64,000 nt of DNA, taken from Malacoraja senta. Lineage: Eukaryota. The notes beneath the pieces were generated by a model, which was not told the DNA's origin, made no database searches, and was given only the letters and a program-made list of their open reading frames with translations. Of this stretch, positions 11,401 through 25,000 are shown piece after piece (positions within the stretch are counted from its first letter, which is position 1; every line of letters starts with the position of its first letter). The translations under genes and the position numbers were made by a program. Location: the NCBI GenBank assembly GCA_038087875.1, contig CM075987.1:20152001-20216000 (forward strand), in the 5' to 3' direction.

Positions 11401-13898
11401 AAAGGTTCAAATTGGACCGCCAATAAGTTATTATCTTTCTCACTTTAATAATGAGAGGAGGAAGGTTGCTGTAAAGAGCTGCCGTGCCCATCAATACCAG
11501 GAGGTGACTGTGGCAGGAACAAAATCATAACCATAGCACTACCAAGAGGTGTCTGGTGCTACTGCAAGTGCTTTTCTTTCTTTTTTCTGCAGTGACGATT
11601 GTTTTACCTAAATGTTTGAAAAAAAAATTTTGAACGGTTATTCAAGGTTTTGGAATCTTATTTTATTATTAGATTATGTAGAATATCAAGCTGGGTAAGT
11701 AAATGAGAGAATGATTGCATGTGGAAGGATGAGAAGATGGAGGCACAAGATACTGCAGGCGCAGACGTTTCTGGAGGATCTTAGTGGGTCAGGCAGCATC
11801 TGTGAAGGGAAATGGACAGATGGCATTCCTTCTGACAGGATCGGAGGAGCCTCAAATGCAACATGAATGCTGGCAAAGACTGCTTGGATGAGGGACAACT
11901 TGATTGAAGTGCCTAACATAATACAAGGATTTCCCAACATAGCTACAAAACATCTATTTCCTCTGCTGAGCAAGTCCTGGACATGAACACATATTTGGAT
12001 CTTGGCCATGCACAAGAGAAACCATAAACCGCAAAGTTGAGCAAATCAGGACTTTTCTCCTGAAGAAAGCCAAAGCTGGGTCAGTTGACATGTTCAACAT
12101 TGAAATGGGTAGATTTTGTCTGAGGTTAGGATAGGATCTGAAGGCCATTTCATTGCAGAGCAGGATGGACACAAGGTGGTGAATTGCCACCTCCTGTAAC
12201 AGAATTCCTCAAGCTACAAGGGCATCATTCTACTTTAAGTTGCTGAGTACATAGCTAGTGCATATAGTTACACAACAGATATTGCAACTATCATTTTAAC
12301 CTTGGTCGGAAAGACAAACAGTTCAGTATAATTCTGCAACAAAACTATTACTTTAATTGTTTTAATTCAAAATTAGACGACTATTACAAATGAAAATGAA
12401 AAAATTGCAGAACAAAAAATACATTTAAAAAAATGCTGGGAAACATTCAGCAGCACGAGTAGCATCTATAGATAGAGAAATAGTTAATGATCCATCAGAA
12501 CTGAGAAAAGTGAGAAAACACGTTAGTTTTAAGGTGCAGAGAGGAATGGATAGGGCGTAGGTTAAGACAATGGCAATAACCTCTATTAGTTTAGATTAGT
12601 ATTGTCACATTACTGAGGTAGTGAAAAGCTTTGGTTGCGTGCTATCCAGTCAAAGAATAAAATATATATGATTACAATTAAACCGTCTCTAGTGTACAGA
12701 TAAAGGATAAAGAATACAATATCAAGTGCAAGATAAAGTCTAATTAAAGATAATTAAAAGGTCTCCAATGAGGAAGATAGGAATAGGTTACTTCTGGTTT
12801 CAACCTATATTATAAATCTCTGCAAAGAAAATGGTATATCTATCATCTTAATTTTGACCTCATCCTGTCACTTTAAGTTTAAATAGCAAATACTTAGGAG
12901 AAGCTATGATATGTACTTGAAGAAAAGTAAATTGCAGGATTATGAGTGAAAATATGAGATGTGTAATTAAATTAAGACAGCTTTCGCTGAGAGCCACAGG
13001 GCATGACAAGGAAAATGGCCTCCCGTGCTGCATCAGGCCATGATTCAATGATGTATGTACATTTATCTTGATCCTGATGATAGTTGGGCATTCTGTATAA
13101 TCATTGATCAAATATTGTAATAATGCTTTAAACATATGCAAAGAGTTACACAATAAATATAATGCAAGAAGCAGGAGGAGTGGGCTGTCCAGCCCTTCTA
13201 ACCTCAATCTCCCATAGTCCATCCTTACCCTTCACCTTAATCTTAGCCATCTGAGTCTTGAAAACACTCAGCAACAGAGTCTAGGGCAGAAGATTCCAAG
13301 AGCTCATAACTATCTCGTACGAGATCTTTTTCCTCATTTTAGTCCTAAATGGGACAAGTCATTTGGACCAGAATTCTACATTCTTCAGCCAAAGGAAACG
13401 TTCTCAACAGATACCCTATTATCCTTGTGATTGAGGCAGTGCAGCGTACCTTCTTGCTAATTATTAACCGTGTTTGAACACATCTATTTTTGTCATCTGT
13501 TCGTTTTTGTACACTTGTAGAATCCTTTACATATTCTATGTCCTCTTTTTAGTAGCCATTTTCTAAACATAGCTTCAACAACTCCAAATCTTCAGGTTTG
13601 TGTTATTGCTGTTGGAATATTGAAACCACTGCTTAAACGTGCTTCTTCAGTGTCCATCTCACTGAAAAAAATAAAAACTGATTGAAACTATCCTTTAAGT
13701 TGAAGGTGAAAGATAAAATACTAGATAATTAAAATAAATAAAGTACTACGTGTAATTAATGTTGCATGTTTTTCTTACTAATAATGATTGCTGTGTTTGT
13801 AAGGATCACAATTTGTTAGCCAGTTGAAGCCAGTGCTTTCTAGCCCTATTAAACCAGATTCTAACAAACTGGATTTTCATTCTTTTCTCTGGTTTCAG

Positions 13899-14117
13899 TT
13901 GGATTTTTCAATGGGAAGAGTCCAGATGAACTTTTTGCATTTGCTGAGCTCCGAGGCAGTCCAACACATTACCATTCACTGCCTCAATGTGCCAGTCTGG
14001 ACAGATGGAAGCTCGAACAAGCCATTTAAACAGGCTGTCAAGTTCAAATCCTGGAATGGCCTGGTGCTGGAGGCAGGAGGGCAGTTTATTCCGAAAGTGC
14101 TGCTGGATGATTGCCGG
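13899..14117 (+). CDS. COL27A1: COL27A1 C-propeptide exon, 219 bp
   Basis: tttcag|[34 protein letters not shown]...[24 protein letters not shown]|gtacag. QAV and EAGGQF fit COL27A1 better than COL24A1 (comparison from memory). Confidence 0.95.
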
Positions 14118-14782
14118 GTACAGATCACCTTGAATCAAATCCATCTTCACCTTGTGCCTTTGTTCTTTACATTACTAATGCATTGCTGTATTTTGTTGCT
14201 CCTTATTTTGCACCTAATGCAGAAGTAAAAGTTCTGTATATTGCACGATGCCCAGCATTAACTCAGGAGAACAGGGCATCTCAATTGTTCCATAGCAACA
14301 TTTTCCAATTTGTTACCTCACATCTTAATCAGGCTTGATGACAAATATTTTTAATGATATGGGGTCATGGTCAAGAGCATTTCCGTGCCTCATATCAACA
14401 ACACAACATTTGCAGTTATGGAAGACATGCAGGAGCATCATCGAACAGTATGGGAAATGATATTGTATTTGACAATATTAGATCAGGTTAAAGGAGAAGG
14501 ATTTAGGAAGCAACCAAAGAAGTAAGAGAGACGGAGAGATTTAGTGAAGGGATTCCAGGGCTTTTTGGCCAGCTCAAGCCAAGGCCACTAGGGGTATATG
14601 CATTGACTGTTAGAGGGTTTAAATTCTATCCTAGGGAACAAATGTAAAATTATAATTGCCATTACCATCCTTCAGAAAGAAAGCAAAGTGATTTTTAACT
14701 CAACAGTGAAACCCATTATTTTAGCTTTATTATAAGTAAAATAAAACTGGTGACCATATTCTTTCTCGTTATTGTCTTTCAG

Positions 14783-14929
14783 ATACAAGATGGCCGATGG
14801 CATCAGACTCACTTCATTTTTCACACACAAGACCCCAATCAGCTGCCAATAATCAGCATCTATAACTTACCACAACCAAAGCCAGGAATACATTATCACC
14901 TAGAGGTCGGGCCTGTCTGCTTTCTCTGA
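14783..14929 (+). CDS. COL27A1: COL27A1 terminal coding exon ([48 protein letters not shown])
   Basis: tctttcag| acceptor; ends with fibrillar collagen GPVCFL and TGA at 14927-14929. Confidence 0.96.
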   Translation: MQDGRWHQTHFIFHTQDPNQLPIISIYNLPQPKPGIHYHLEVGPVCFL

Positions 14930-17020
14930 ACTCCTGACTGAACAATCTTCAACCCACATCAGAGCATAATTGGTCTTTACTATATATTAAAGTAAAGAAA
15001 TTGCTGGTATGATGTGAAGATGTCACATTCTGATCAGAAAAGGCCAACAATGGCTTAAAAAAAAAATTAAGGAAAATGTTATCAGACTTGATTTAAGGAA
15101 GAGTTCTTAGCTAAAACAACTAGAATTGAAAATCTCCACCAGTAGCCAATGAATCTTTCTGCCATTGTGTTGAGAGAAATGAGAAAGTCTATAACTGGGT
15201 TGCAGAAAATCAATTTTGTGAAAAAATTGGTTTCCAGTAGCTGTGAAACTACATCACAAGTCATGAGCAGCCATAGGTTAGGAGACTTCTAAAAGAGTGA
15301 CTAAATAGCTGGGGGCTACATGCCTGATAAGCATCACCAATGTGCAATAGTGGAGGGGAAAGGGGAACTTGTAAGAGTTGTTGAAATGTTCTAAATCCAT
15401 GAGACTTAATTTAATGTGTGAACCATTAGAGAGTTGGCCTGCAGACCTGCAGATGCTTGGCCCAATTGACTGGTTTCAGGCAAGGGGGAAATCGGAGAAA
15501 AGAATGGTGCATTTGCACCAGATAGTTTTCAAGATTTATAACACGGTGCTAATAGAATTAGTTTCCCAGGGTGATTTTCTACCTCCCATTTCCTGGTACT
15601 GGTGCTCACATTCTCAGATTTATTTCCATGCGTATGTCAGTTCAGACACAGTGGTGCTATGCAATTCCGACAGGACAAACGTGGCTGCCCCGGATAGCGT
15701 TTCTACTTACTGAGTAGGGCGAGAACCCTCATCCCTATTTCACCTGCCCACTTCTCCTTACAGAAGTACAATACTTATTAACTTAATTATGTCTAGAGTG
15801 CCTTTAGTATTTTAAGGGATAATTTTAATTGTGCTTTGAGGAGGGATGAAAGCAGCCTGCCCTTCCTGTGTCACTGACTGACCTTTTAAAAGAGTAAAGT
15901 TGGAAAGTTGATGAGAGTTAAAGTATTTTTGAAAGCTATACTGTTTTTTAAGTTCTTTATTTTGAATACTGCTTCTGTTTGTACAGAGTTGCCCTTGAAA
16001 GCTGTAATTAATATTTAGGGAAGCTTTATTAATTAAAAAGGAACTAGATCTTTACTGAAATGGTAGATTTTCCACCTTTTAAAATTGTGTAAAATGTTTC
16101 TACGTGCTATGTTGTATACAGTGGATCAATATTTTACAGTCTGCTATTTAATGTTATTTAAATGTTTTAAAATCATAGTTTAAAAAAAAACAAACGCCTC
16201 TCCCTTTTACAGATGTCTATGTTTCAAAGTAGATCTGTCTTTTTTGTAGTTGTAAACATGTTGCTTCAGCACCCAACTGGTCTTGGAAAGTTATGTGGAG
16301 TTCTTTTGTGGCTTGTTTAATGTGTAAATTTGGTGCTTTGAAGAGAAGAATATTTCAGTGTTTCAAATCTATACGGTATTATGCAGAGTTTAAACGTACT
16401 GTATAGGAAAATGCATTAAGCGCTTTTTAATTCATGGTTATTTTTTTTACTTTGAAGGAACTATGTGAAGAATCTAGAATTCTAATACATTATTTTAAAT
16501 TTATTTCGTTTAAAAAGAATCTGATAATACAGTTGAAAAGCCAGCCATCAGAATACCTCAGATACATGTTGGTACCATTCTGAACACATTTCAACCTTGT
16601 TTCATTTTATCTTAATTTTTCATTTTTTTACTTTGGGTTTTTTCTATTCCATTTGCTTTTCTGTGTGTGTCTGTTGCTATAGAAACAGATTTGCCATAAA
16701 ATGGTCATCCGCAGACAACAGTATCATTATTGCCTTAGTTGCAAATGTTTGAACGTTCTGTACAACGGTTCACTATTTAGCTGTGAAGTACCTTACTCGG
16801 CCTTCGCTAGTCTCATTGGGGCTTAGACTTCCATTGTTTGAAATTAAAAGTTTCTGAAACTTTATTGAAATAAAAATTTCAAACTGAAGCAATGAAACCT
16901 GGGTTGTCTGTTTTGTTTCAAGAAAAATGTAGATTCCACGTAAAAAAATAATCAAAACCTTTTGAACTAACAAGGGATTTTTACACTGGAAATAAAAGCA
17001 GAATCTCACTTCTTATTACC
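14930..17020 (+). promoter_or_regulatory. COL27A1: COL27A1 3'UTR with candidate polyadenylation signals (AATAAA 16869-16874, 16991-16996)
   Basis: AT-rich stretch after the stop with no recognisable repeats; contains miR-29 and let-7 seed matches. The 3' end is inferred. Confidence 0.6.
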
Positions 17021-18699
17021 ATTCAAATGACAAGTCTTTGCAGAATAATAACCAAGAGGCTTCTTACACACTTTGATAATAGATTTTAAATGTTACATGC
17101 TTCCTCACTCCACAACATAGCTTGCTATTGACATGCTTTTGATACTCGTATTGTTTTAACTTCTTCTATTTAAAAGTTCTCATGCTTTTTATAAGGAGTT
17201 CTGGATTGAGAATTGAGACTCATGATATTTTGACTCCAGTACAAGTACCAACCACTTTCTGTGGCAGACATATCTAAACTCATCTCATGGCACAAATTAT
17301 TTATTAGACTTAATCAGGGGTTATGGGGAGAAGGCAGGAGAATGGGGTTAGGAGGGAGAGATAGATCAGCCATGATTGAATGGCAGGGTAGACTTGATGG
17401 GCCGAATGGCCTAATTCTGCTCCTATCACATATGACCTTATGAATTTCAGAATTCCCTCAAACTACATCTACAACATCAGCATTCCTCAACAATAAATGT
17501 CTAACATTGAGCAAATGTTTAAAATTACTAATTTCCAGGTAATGTAATTACACTTATACATTGAAGAAATCTTAATTTTGCATTTTTCCATCAAAATATT
17601 CACTTCTTCATTATCTACTGTTCTTCTGTCTATGGACATGTTAATGTTTTGATATTTTCAGAATCCTTACTGTACTGAAGCCTCATCACAACTCCACCAT
17701 TCAGCTCCTGCCCTATCCCAAACCAGCATGGCTGCACAGTCTTTTATCACCAATACCTAGTCTTTCTCCGACACAAAAATGTCCAAAGGCTAATCAGCAC
17801 TGTAAATTTGGTTTAGTTTAGTTTAGAGATAAAGTGTGGAAACACACCCCCCGGCGCACCGAGTCTACACTGACCAACGATCACTGGTTCTATGCTGCAA
17901 ACTAGACACAATCTACAGAAGCCAAATTACTTACATGGCTTAGGAGTGTGGGTGGAAACCAGAACACCATGTGTAACAGTAACTGAGTTGGGAATTCATA
18001 CTTTGCACTCATGATTAAATATAGTCAGAAGGGTGGAAAATCTTGTTAGCGGTGAGAGAACTTGATCAGTTTTCTTTATGCTCAAGATAACTAATGGAAA
18101 ATGAGGCAGGTTTCCAATGAGGGTATGTTTACAATCCAGACTCCAATGTTAACTGTCTGCCCCATTGTTTCTCGTGCTATGCCTAACATTAATACATTAT
18201 TTTCTCTGTAACCATGAGCAGAACCACGAGGTTTCCAGTAATACCTTGCCACACCTTTTCTGCCACTTCCTACGCTGATTTTTATGTGAGCCTTTAAATG
18301 AGAAAGCAAAGGGGACGAATAAGCATTCCAGAAACTACACTTTACTAACCAAATACATACAGTGCAGTGTCCTGATATAATTAAAATGTCCTATATTGGG
18401 AACACACCAAAAATAACAAGTCAGCAATTACTAAAAGAAAAACAAAGTCATTCCAAAATTGTGTTTCTGAGTTCAACCAGTAATTTACAAATGTGTAAAC
18501 CTCCCTCATTAGCAGCATTTAACATTTGTTCATTCCTAGATTTACAAGAGTTGGCTTTAATGCATTACATGTATCTGAAAACACTGCCATCTCAAATAAC
18601 AAACTGGTAAACTGGGTACACACACGGTGACACCTGATGTTGGGAAGCACGTACCATCTGATATACTCTCTGCAATGCCAATGAAAAACAGCTCATCAT

Positions 18700-20635
18700 T
18701 CAATACACAATAGGTGCAGGCCATTTGGCCCTTCGAGCAAGCACCACCATTCAATGTGATCATGGCTGATCATCCACAATCAGTACCCCGCTCCTGCCTT
18801 CTCCCCATATTGCCGACTCCACTATCTTTAAGAGCTCTATCTAACTCTTGAAAGCATCCAGAGAACTGGCCTCCACTGCCTTCTGAGGCAGAAAATTCCA
18901 CAGACTCACAACTCTGTGTGTGAAAAAGTTTTTCCTCATTTCCATTCTAAATGGCTTACCCCTTATTCTTAAACTGTGGCCCCTGGTTCTGGACTCCCCC
19001 AACATTGGGAACATGTTTCCTGCATCTAGCGTGTCCAAACCCTTAATAATCTTATACGTTTCAATAAGATCCCCTCTCATCCTTCTAAATTCCAGAGTAT
19101 ACAAGCCCAGCCGCTCCATTCTATCAACATATGACAGTCCCGCCATCCCGGGAATTAACCTCGTGAACCTACGCTGCACACCCTCAATAGCAAGATTGTC
19201 CTTCCTCAAATTTGGAGACCAAAACTGCACACAATACTCCAGGTGTGGTCTCACTAGGGCCCTGTACAACTGCAGAAGGATATCTTTGCTCCTATACTCA
19301 ACTCCTCTTGTTATGAAGGCCAACATGCCATTCGCTTTCTTCACTGCCTGCTGTACCTGCAAGCTTACTTTCAGTGACTGATGAACAAGGACCCCCAGAT
19401 CCCGTTGTACTTCCCCTTTTCCCAGTTGACACCATTTAGATAATAATCTGCTTTCCTGTTTTTGCCACCAAAGTGGATAACTTCACATTTATCCACATTA
19501 AATTGCATCTGCCATGCATCTGCCCTCTCACCCAACCTGTCCAAGTCACCCTGCATCCTCATAGCCTCTTCACAGTTCATACTGCCACCCAGCATTATGT
19601 CATCTGCAAATTTGCTAATGTTAATTTTAATTCCTTCATCTAGATCATTAATGTATATTGGAAATAGCTGCGGTCCCAGCACCGAGCCTTGCGGTACCCC
19701 ACTAGTCACTGTCTGCCATTCTGAAAGACCCGTTAATCCCTACTCTTTGTTTCCTGTCTGTCAATGAATTTTCTATCCATGTCAGCACTCTACCACCAAT
19801 ACCATGTGCTCTAATTTTGCCCACTAATCTCCTATGTAGGACCTTATCAACTGCTTTCTGAAAGTCCAGGTACACTACTACATCCACTGGCTCTCCCTTG
19901 TCCATTTTCCTAGTTACATCCTCAAAAAATTCCAGATTAGTCAAGCATGATTTCCCCTTCATAAATCCATGCTGACTCGGACCGATCCTATTACTGCTAA
20001 CCAAATGTGCGGCTATTTCATCTTTTATAATTGACTCCAGCATCTTCCCCACCACTGATGTCAGGCTAACTGGTCTATAATTCCCTGTTTTCTCTCTCCC
20101 ACGTTTCTTTAAAAAATGGGATAACATTAGCTGCCCTCCAATTGTGAATCTATAGAACATTGGAGAATGATCACCAATGCATCCACGATTTCCAGAGCCA
20201 CCTCCTTAAGTACCCTGGGATGCAGACCATCAGGCCCTGGGGATTTATCAGCCTTCCCAACACCATTTCCTGCCTAATGTGCATTTCCTTCAGTTCCTCC
20301 GTCACCCTAGATCCTCTGGACAGAGTAGTACAAACTAAAAACTAATACTCAGGGAGATTGTTTGTGTCCTCCTTAGTGAAGACGGATCCAAAGTACCTGT
20401 TCAACTTGTCTGCCATTTCCTTGTTCCCCATAATAAATTCACCTTTTTCAGTCTTCAAGGGTCCAACTTTGGTCTTAACCAATGTTTTCCTCTTTACATA
20501 CCTAAAGAAGCTTTTACTATTCTTTATATTCTTGGCTAAGTTACCTTCGTACCTCATCTTTTCTCCCCGTATTGCCTTTTTAGTTATCTTCTGTTGCTCT
20601 TTAAAAGTTACCCAATGCTCTGGCTTCCCGCTCAT
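18700..20635 (-). mobile_element. CR1 (HER1-like) LINE, 5'-truncated, frameshifted RT
   Basis: ORFs 20342-20815, 19702-20160, 19371-19709 and 18841-19362 give GNYRPVSLTSVVGK, GVPQGSVLGP, KFADD and RPHLEYCVQFWSP. Confidence 0.93.
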
Positions 20636-21081
20636 CATTCGGTAAATAGAACGCTGGAGTAACTCAGTGGAACAGGCAACAACTCTTGGTAGAATGAGTG
20701 ACATTTCGGGTCGAGATCCTTCTTCAGACTGAGAGTCAGGGAAGAGGAAGACACAGAGATATGGAAGAGTAAGGTATGAAAACGAGGCACAAAGAGGACC
20801 CAAAACATCACCCATTCCTTACATCCAGAGATGCTGCCTGTTCTGCTGAGTTACTCCAGAATTTTGTGTCTATCTTCGGTGCAAACCTGCATCTGCAGTT
20901 CCTTCCTAAACAATTTATCTGGTCATCTTGTTTTGGAGATGCAGTGCTGGAAGATTGTGGGCTTTGGGGGGGGGGGGGGGGTGTTCAGCAGTGGTAGCCG
21001 TACTGCATGGTTGCATCCTTTCAAGATCCACAGGTCGGTGCAGAATGACAGGGTAATGAAGCAGAGTTGAAACTTGCATAT

Positions 21082-22040
21082 GGGTGTTTCCGTAAATAAG
21101 GGTACCAACCTGTGACATGGGTGACCATATTTGAAAGTTATTAAATCATAATGAAACACCAGAGCATTAAAAATGGGTCTACCTATGATCCTTTTGAGCT
21201 AATTTGTGATCAAAATAGACCAGAATGTGACCAAAATTGAATACTTTCAAAATTGAAAAAAAAACAAGAAAGACAAATATTTATAAGACATAAAAGACAT
21301 ATGTCTCTTATACTGATTTCTAAGCTCCCTTACAAAACGTTGGCATGTATCTCACCACAGGCCCATAGTTCAGGTCAGGGTCATTACAATCACGTTGTTA
21401 AAAAATATATTTTTTTTTAAATCGCGACGAGTGCAAAAAACCCGGCAGAGACTACAGAATTAGACATCGATAAAATAGCTGAGCAAAGTAGTTTTTATTT
21501 CCTGATTTTAAGTTCTATTCATTATTAAGTATTTCAATGGAAAGCTTAAACACAAAATATAAACAATTTTAAAAAAACAATAAATATAAAAAACGGTTAC
21601 TCAGCTTTTAATTCACACATATCACATGGACACTGCAACTCAAGTTCTGCTGCTAAAACCTGGGGCGTCAGAAAACCAACTTATCAGGTCATAAATGATT
21701 TTAAAAAATCATAAGCACAATCAGAATTTGGCTTATATAGTTATTTAATTGCAAAATTAATGTAATCTTTCTGGTATAAACTAGCCAAAGGATTTGATGA
21801 AATCCTGCTTGAAATGTCACAAAAAAAGGCAAGAAAACACACTTATCTGATGTTTTTCTTTGTAAAAACAGATTCATTCATTTTTGCTTCATCGCATTAT
21901 TTTGGCTATACACCATGATCTATACTACTTAAAATACATGATATGAAACAATGGGAATATTACATAAATTACAGGAAAATAACCTGGAGGTTTGAAGAGC
22001 TTCAGTTTCACTACTGAGTGCTGTATTTACGGAAACACCC
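21082..22040. mobile_element. Non-autonomous DNA transposon (MITE) with GGGTGTTTCCGTAAATA terminal inverted repeats
   Basis: 21074-21098 TTGCATATGGGTGTTTCCGTAAATA is the exact reverse complement of 22024-22048; AT-rich non-coding interior; AT/ATAT flanks are a probable TSD. Confidence 0.8.
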
Positions 22041-25000
22041 ATATGCAAATGGTGTCAAATATCAGCTAGGTTGGCATTTTCTAGAGTAATAGAAAGTTAC
22101 AGCACTGAAATAAGCCCTGGGCCAATCAGGTGTGTGCCACCAACTACCTATTCATAGTAATCCAGCATTCATTCCATTACTTTAAATTCTCCACGTTGTT
22201 CTATAACTGACATATACATGCAATGTACCACATACCTGCAGCAGAAACTTGACCCCTAAGACCACGTCCCTTTCAGCAGCGTCTAGCACGGGACCATTCT
22301 CTGCAAATCACGCTCCAACCTTTGAAATATTTTGCCAGCCATTTAATCAAATTCTTCAGGCATACGGATGTCCGGAAACTTCAAAGGTCGGTTAGTACTG
22401 CTGACATGGACAAATGTTGAAAAATATCCTGAAAAATTGATTAAAAAATAAGAACTGTTTCAACTAAAAGAAAACAATTAAGAAGTAAAAACAGTTAAAA
22501 CAAACTTAAAACTATTGAATATATTTATAATCGTGTATTTTTATTAATTAATTTTAAAATATATACATTACCTGAAATTTAGCTCACTGCTAAAGGAACA
22601 ATTGCTTCACTTGAGGTGAATGGAGTTATTTAATAATTGGAGTAGTTTGAGGTCAGATCTTCCAGTGTAACTGCTGTGCAACCACATGACGATGTTGGTG
22701 TAAGACGTCTCACTTCAGTGCAGTCAGAATGACAGCGACAGGGAACATAGCGATGTTCAGGACTTGCACCTTTGTATTGTTGACCTTTAAAAGTGCTTTG
22801 GAATGGCATTCTGACCCACACAGTGATAGAATTGTGCATCTCTAGTCTAAAGATGTTGGGAATAGATGTGAAGTGGTTGAAACAAACTAGGACTTGGCAA
22901 AAATCAATATCAGAGAAAATGTTGCCAAAATAAAAATCACTGAAAAAGCATACAGTAAGTAACAAGTTGTCTGGCTGGATTCGTTCAATGAAACAGATCC
23001 CCAGAAAAGCCCAAAGCAACTTCACTAAAGCATAAAATCACATTGTGTTCTCAATGCACTAACTGCTCCAGCCGCCACTCCAACAATCGGGTTGGTTAAG
23101 CATTAAAATACAGTTAAATTGTTCACGTGTGAAAAGAAAACAAATTGTCCTAATGGAAGAATTATTAGCAATTCTTTCACAGTTAGTTCCTATTTTCATG
23201 CAATGTCACAGAAGTAAACCTCATGAAGACGAAGAATAAGAAAGCTATCAAAGAGCAAACAAACAAAACTAAACCAAGCTGTCCACGTCGTAGACTTTTA
23301 ACGTGCAATCATTTCCTGGGTGTTAAATGTACTTTTTGTGTTAGTGTCTCATTTCAAAGCAAAGCAAAATTTAACACCTTCAGAAAAGGTGTAATAAAAG
23401 TGGGGTTCCATTAGAGAAATATTCATTCACCAATTTCTATGTATCTGGCAGTTGAATGAATCCATATTTTAGTTAAATAAATGCATTTAAAATGCAATTA
23501 CAGAGCAGACTGAAAGCAATACAAAGTATCTTATAGTTATTAAGATAGCGATGTGGTGTACTAAACAGTTATAATGTATAACAAACATTTATACACCTTA
23601 ACATAACTAAACTCTTCAAGCAGGGCTTTGGCTATAGTACGGCGTTTTGAACCTCTAAAAAGTTTTTTAAAATGTAAATTTTTTAAATTTTAATCTAATT
23701 TTATACATTTTTAGTTATTCATTTATTTAGGTGAATGATCAAAAAAAAAAGAGAAGTGGCAGGAATGTTGATGGAAACAAATTGTTGATAATGTAGCTTA
23801 ATTTTTAATTGTTGATAATGTAGCTTAACTTTGTGTACCAGAACTTTGTCTACAAAAGCACTGTTGCTAGGAATTAAACCATACAAACAATTTACATTAA
23901 CAGCTTTTTTTTTAAAGAGAAATAATTCTCTCCAATGAATTTTAGTGCAATGATACACAATGAAATGCTGTATCAGAATGTTCTGGATTGTTCAGTCAGC
24001 AGGCAAATTAATGCAAGCCAAGTATTTTTATATGTTATATGTGCCACAAACAGTACAATGCAGTTCTTACTTTCTGTAGCTTAACAGATACATTAATGCA
24101 GTATTACAACAAATAGTTATATAGTAACAATATAATAAATGATCAGTAACAGTAGGTAACCACATATTAGTTCGCTTCATTCATCCCAGCCAGAAAGCAC
24201 GATTAGGCGCGTTGATGCCCTGAGCAGCAGCCATTAACCATAACAGTGGCACAGTTGGCAGAGCTGATGTCTCGTAGCGCCAGAGATCCGGGTTTGTGTG
24301 TATGGAGTGGATGTGAAAGTGAGATAACAAAATAGTGTGAGCAGGTGATCGATGTTGGTGTGGACTCAGTGGGCCAAAGAGCCAGTTTCAATGCGGCATC
24401 TTTAAACTAAACTCAGATTTCACACACTAACAATGCAGTAACAGTCGCAATCTCCCCACTTAAGGATGATAAAAAAAGTTTCTAGGTTTCCTGCTGTTGA
24501 TCACCGCAGAACACCCGCTGTTAACACAAGTTGTATTCAAGTCAGGATGCATTTAGGCCATGTTGAGAGGTCTAGCAAAACTCACTCGACAATGGCTGCT
24601 TGGATGAGAGTCCAGAGGAGACAAATAATCTCACACCTGAATCTCTTTACTGCACTACATCCTGGTAGAAAAAGCTTTTCTCAACTTACACGATCAAAAA
24701 TATTGACATTTGGGATTCAAGATGTTAACCTTTTTGCTGTAAAGGGAAGTATGTTTCACCAGATTCTGTTAATGGCCAAACCTCTCCGTCCCCAGTGTCA
24801 TCCCAGCAAACTGGGCAAGTAAAGCTTGAGCATGGTTTCCTTACTTTTCCATTCAATGCCTTTGTTAACAAAGCCAAATATCTCATATACTTTCCACTCA
24901 ACTTTTCTTGCCAAACCCCACACCCCAACCTTGGCATCACCCCTCATGACTGAAGAGTTCAGATAATGCTGACTCTTTGTGTTGCTCCCCTCAAATGCAT

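Noticed and set aside
14118..14228. Read-through of the collagen exon frame in ORF 13824-14228
   Set aside because: Similarity to the C-propeptide stops at DDCR, and the proper continuation is the exon at 14783. This is intron sequence that happens to be open.
22236..22300. Possible minus-strand exon (ag|..NGPVLDAAERDVVLGVKFLLQ|gtatg)
   Set aside because: Poor pyrimidine tract, no compatible neighbouring exons found, no recognisable homology.
22630..23025. 131-aa minus-strand ORF between the two genes
   Set aside because: No motif, no ATG start and no convincing splice sites.
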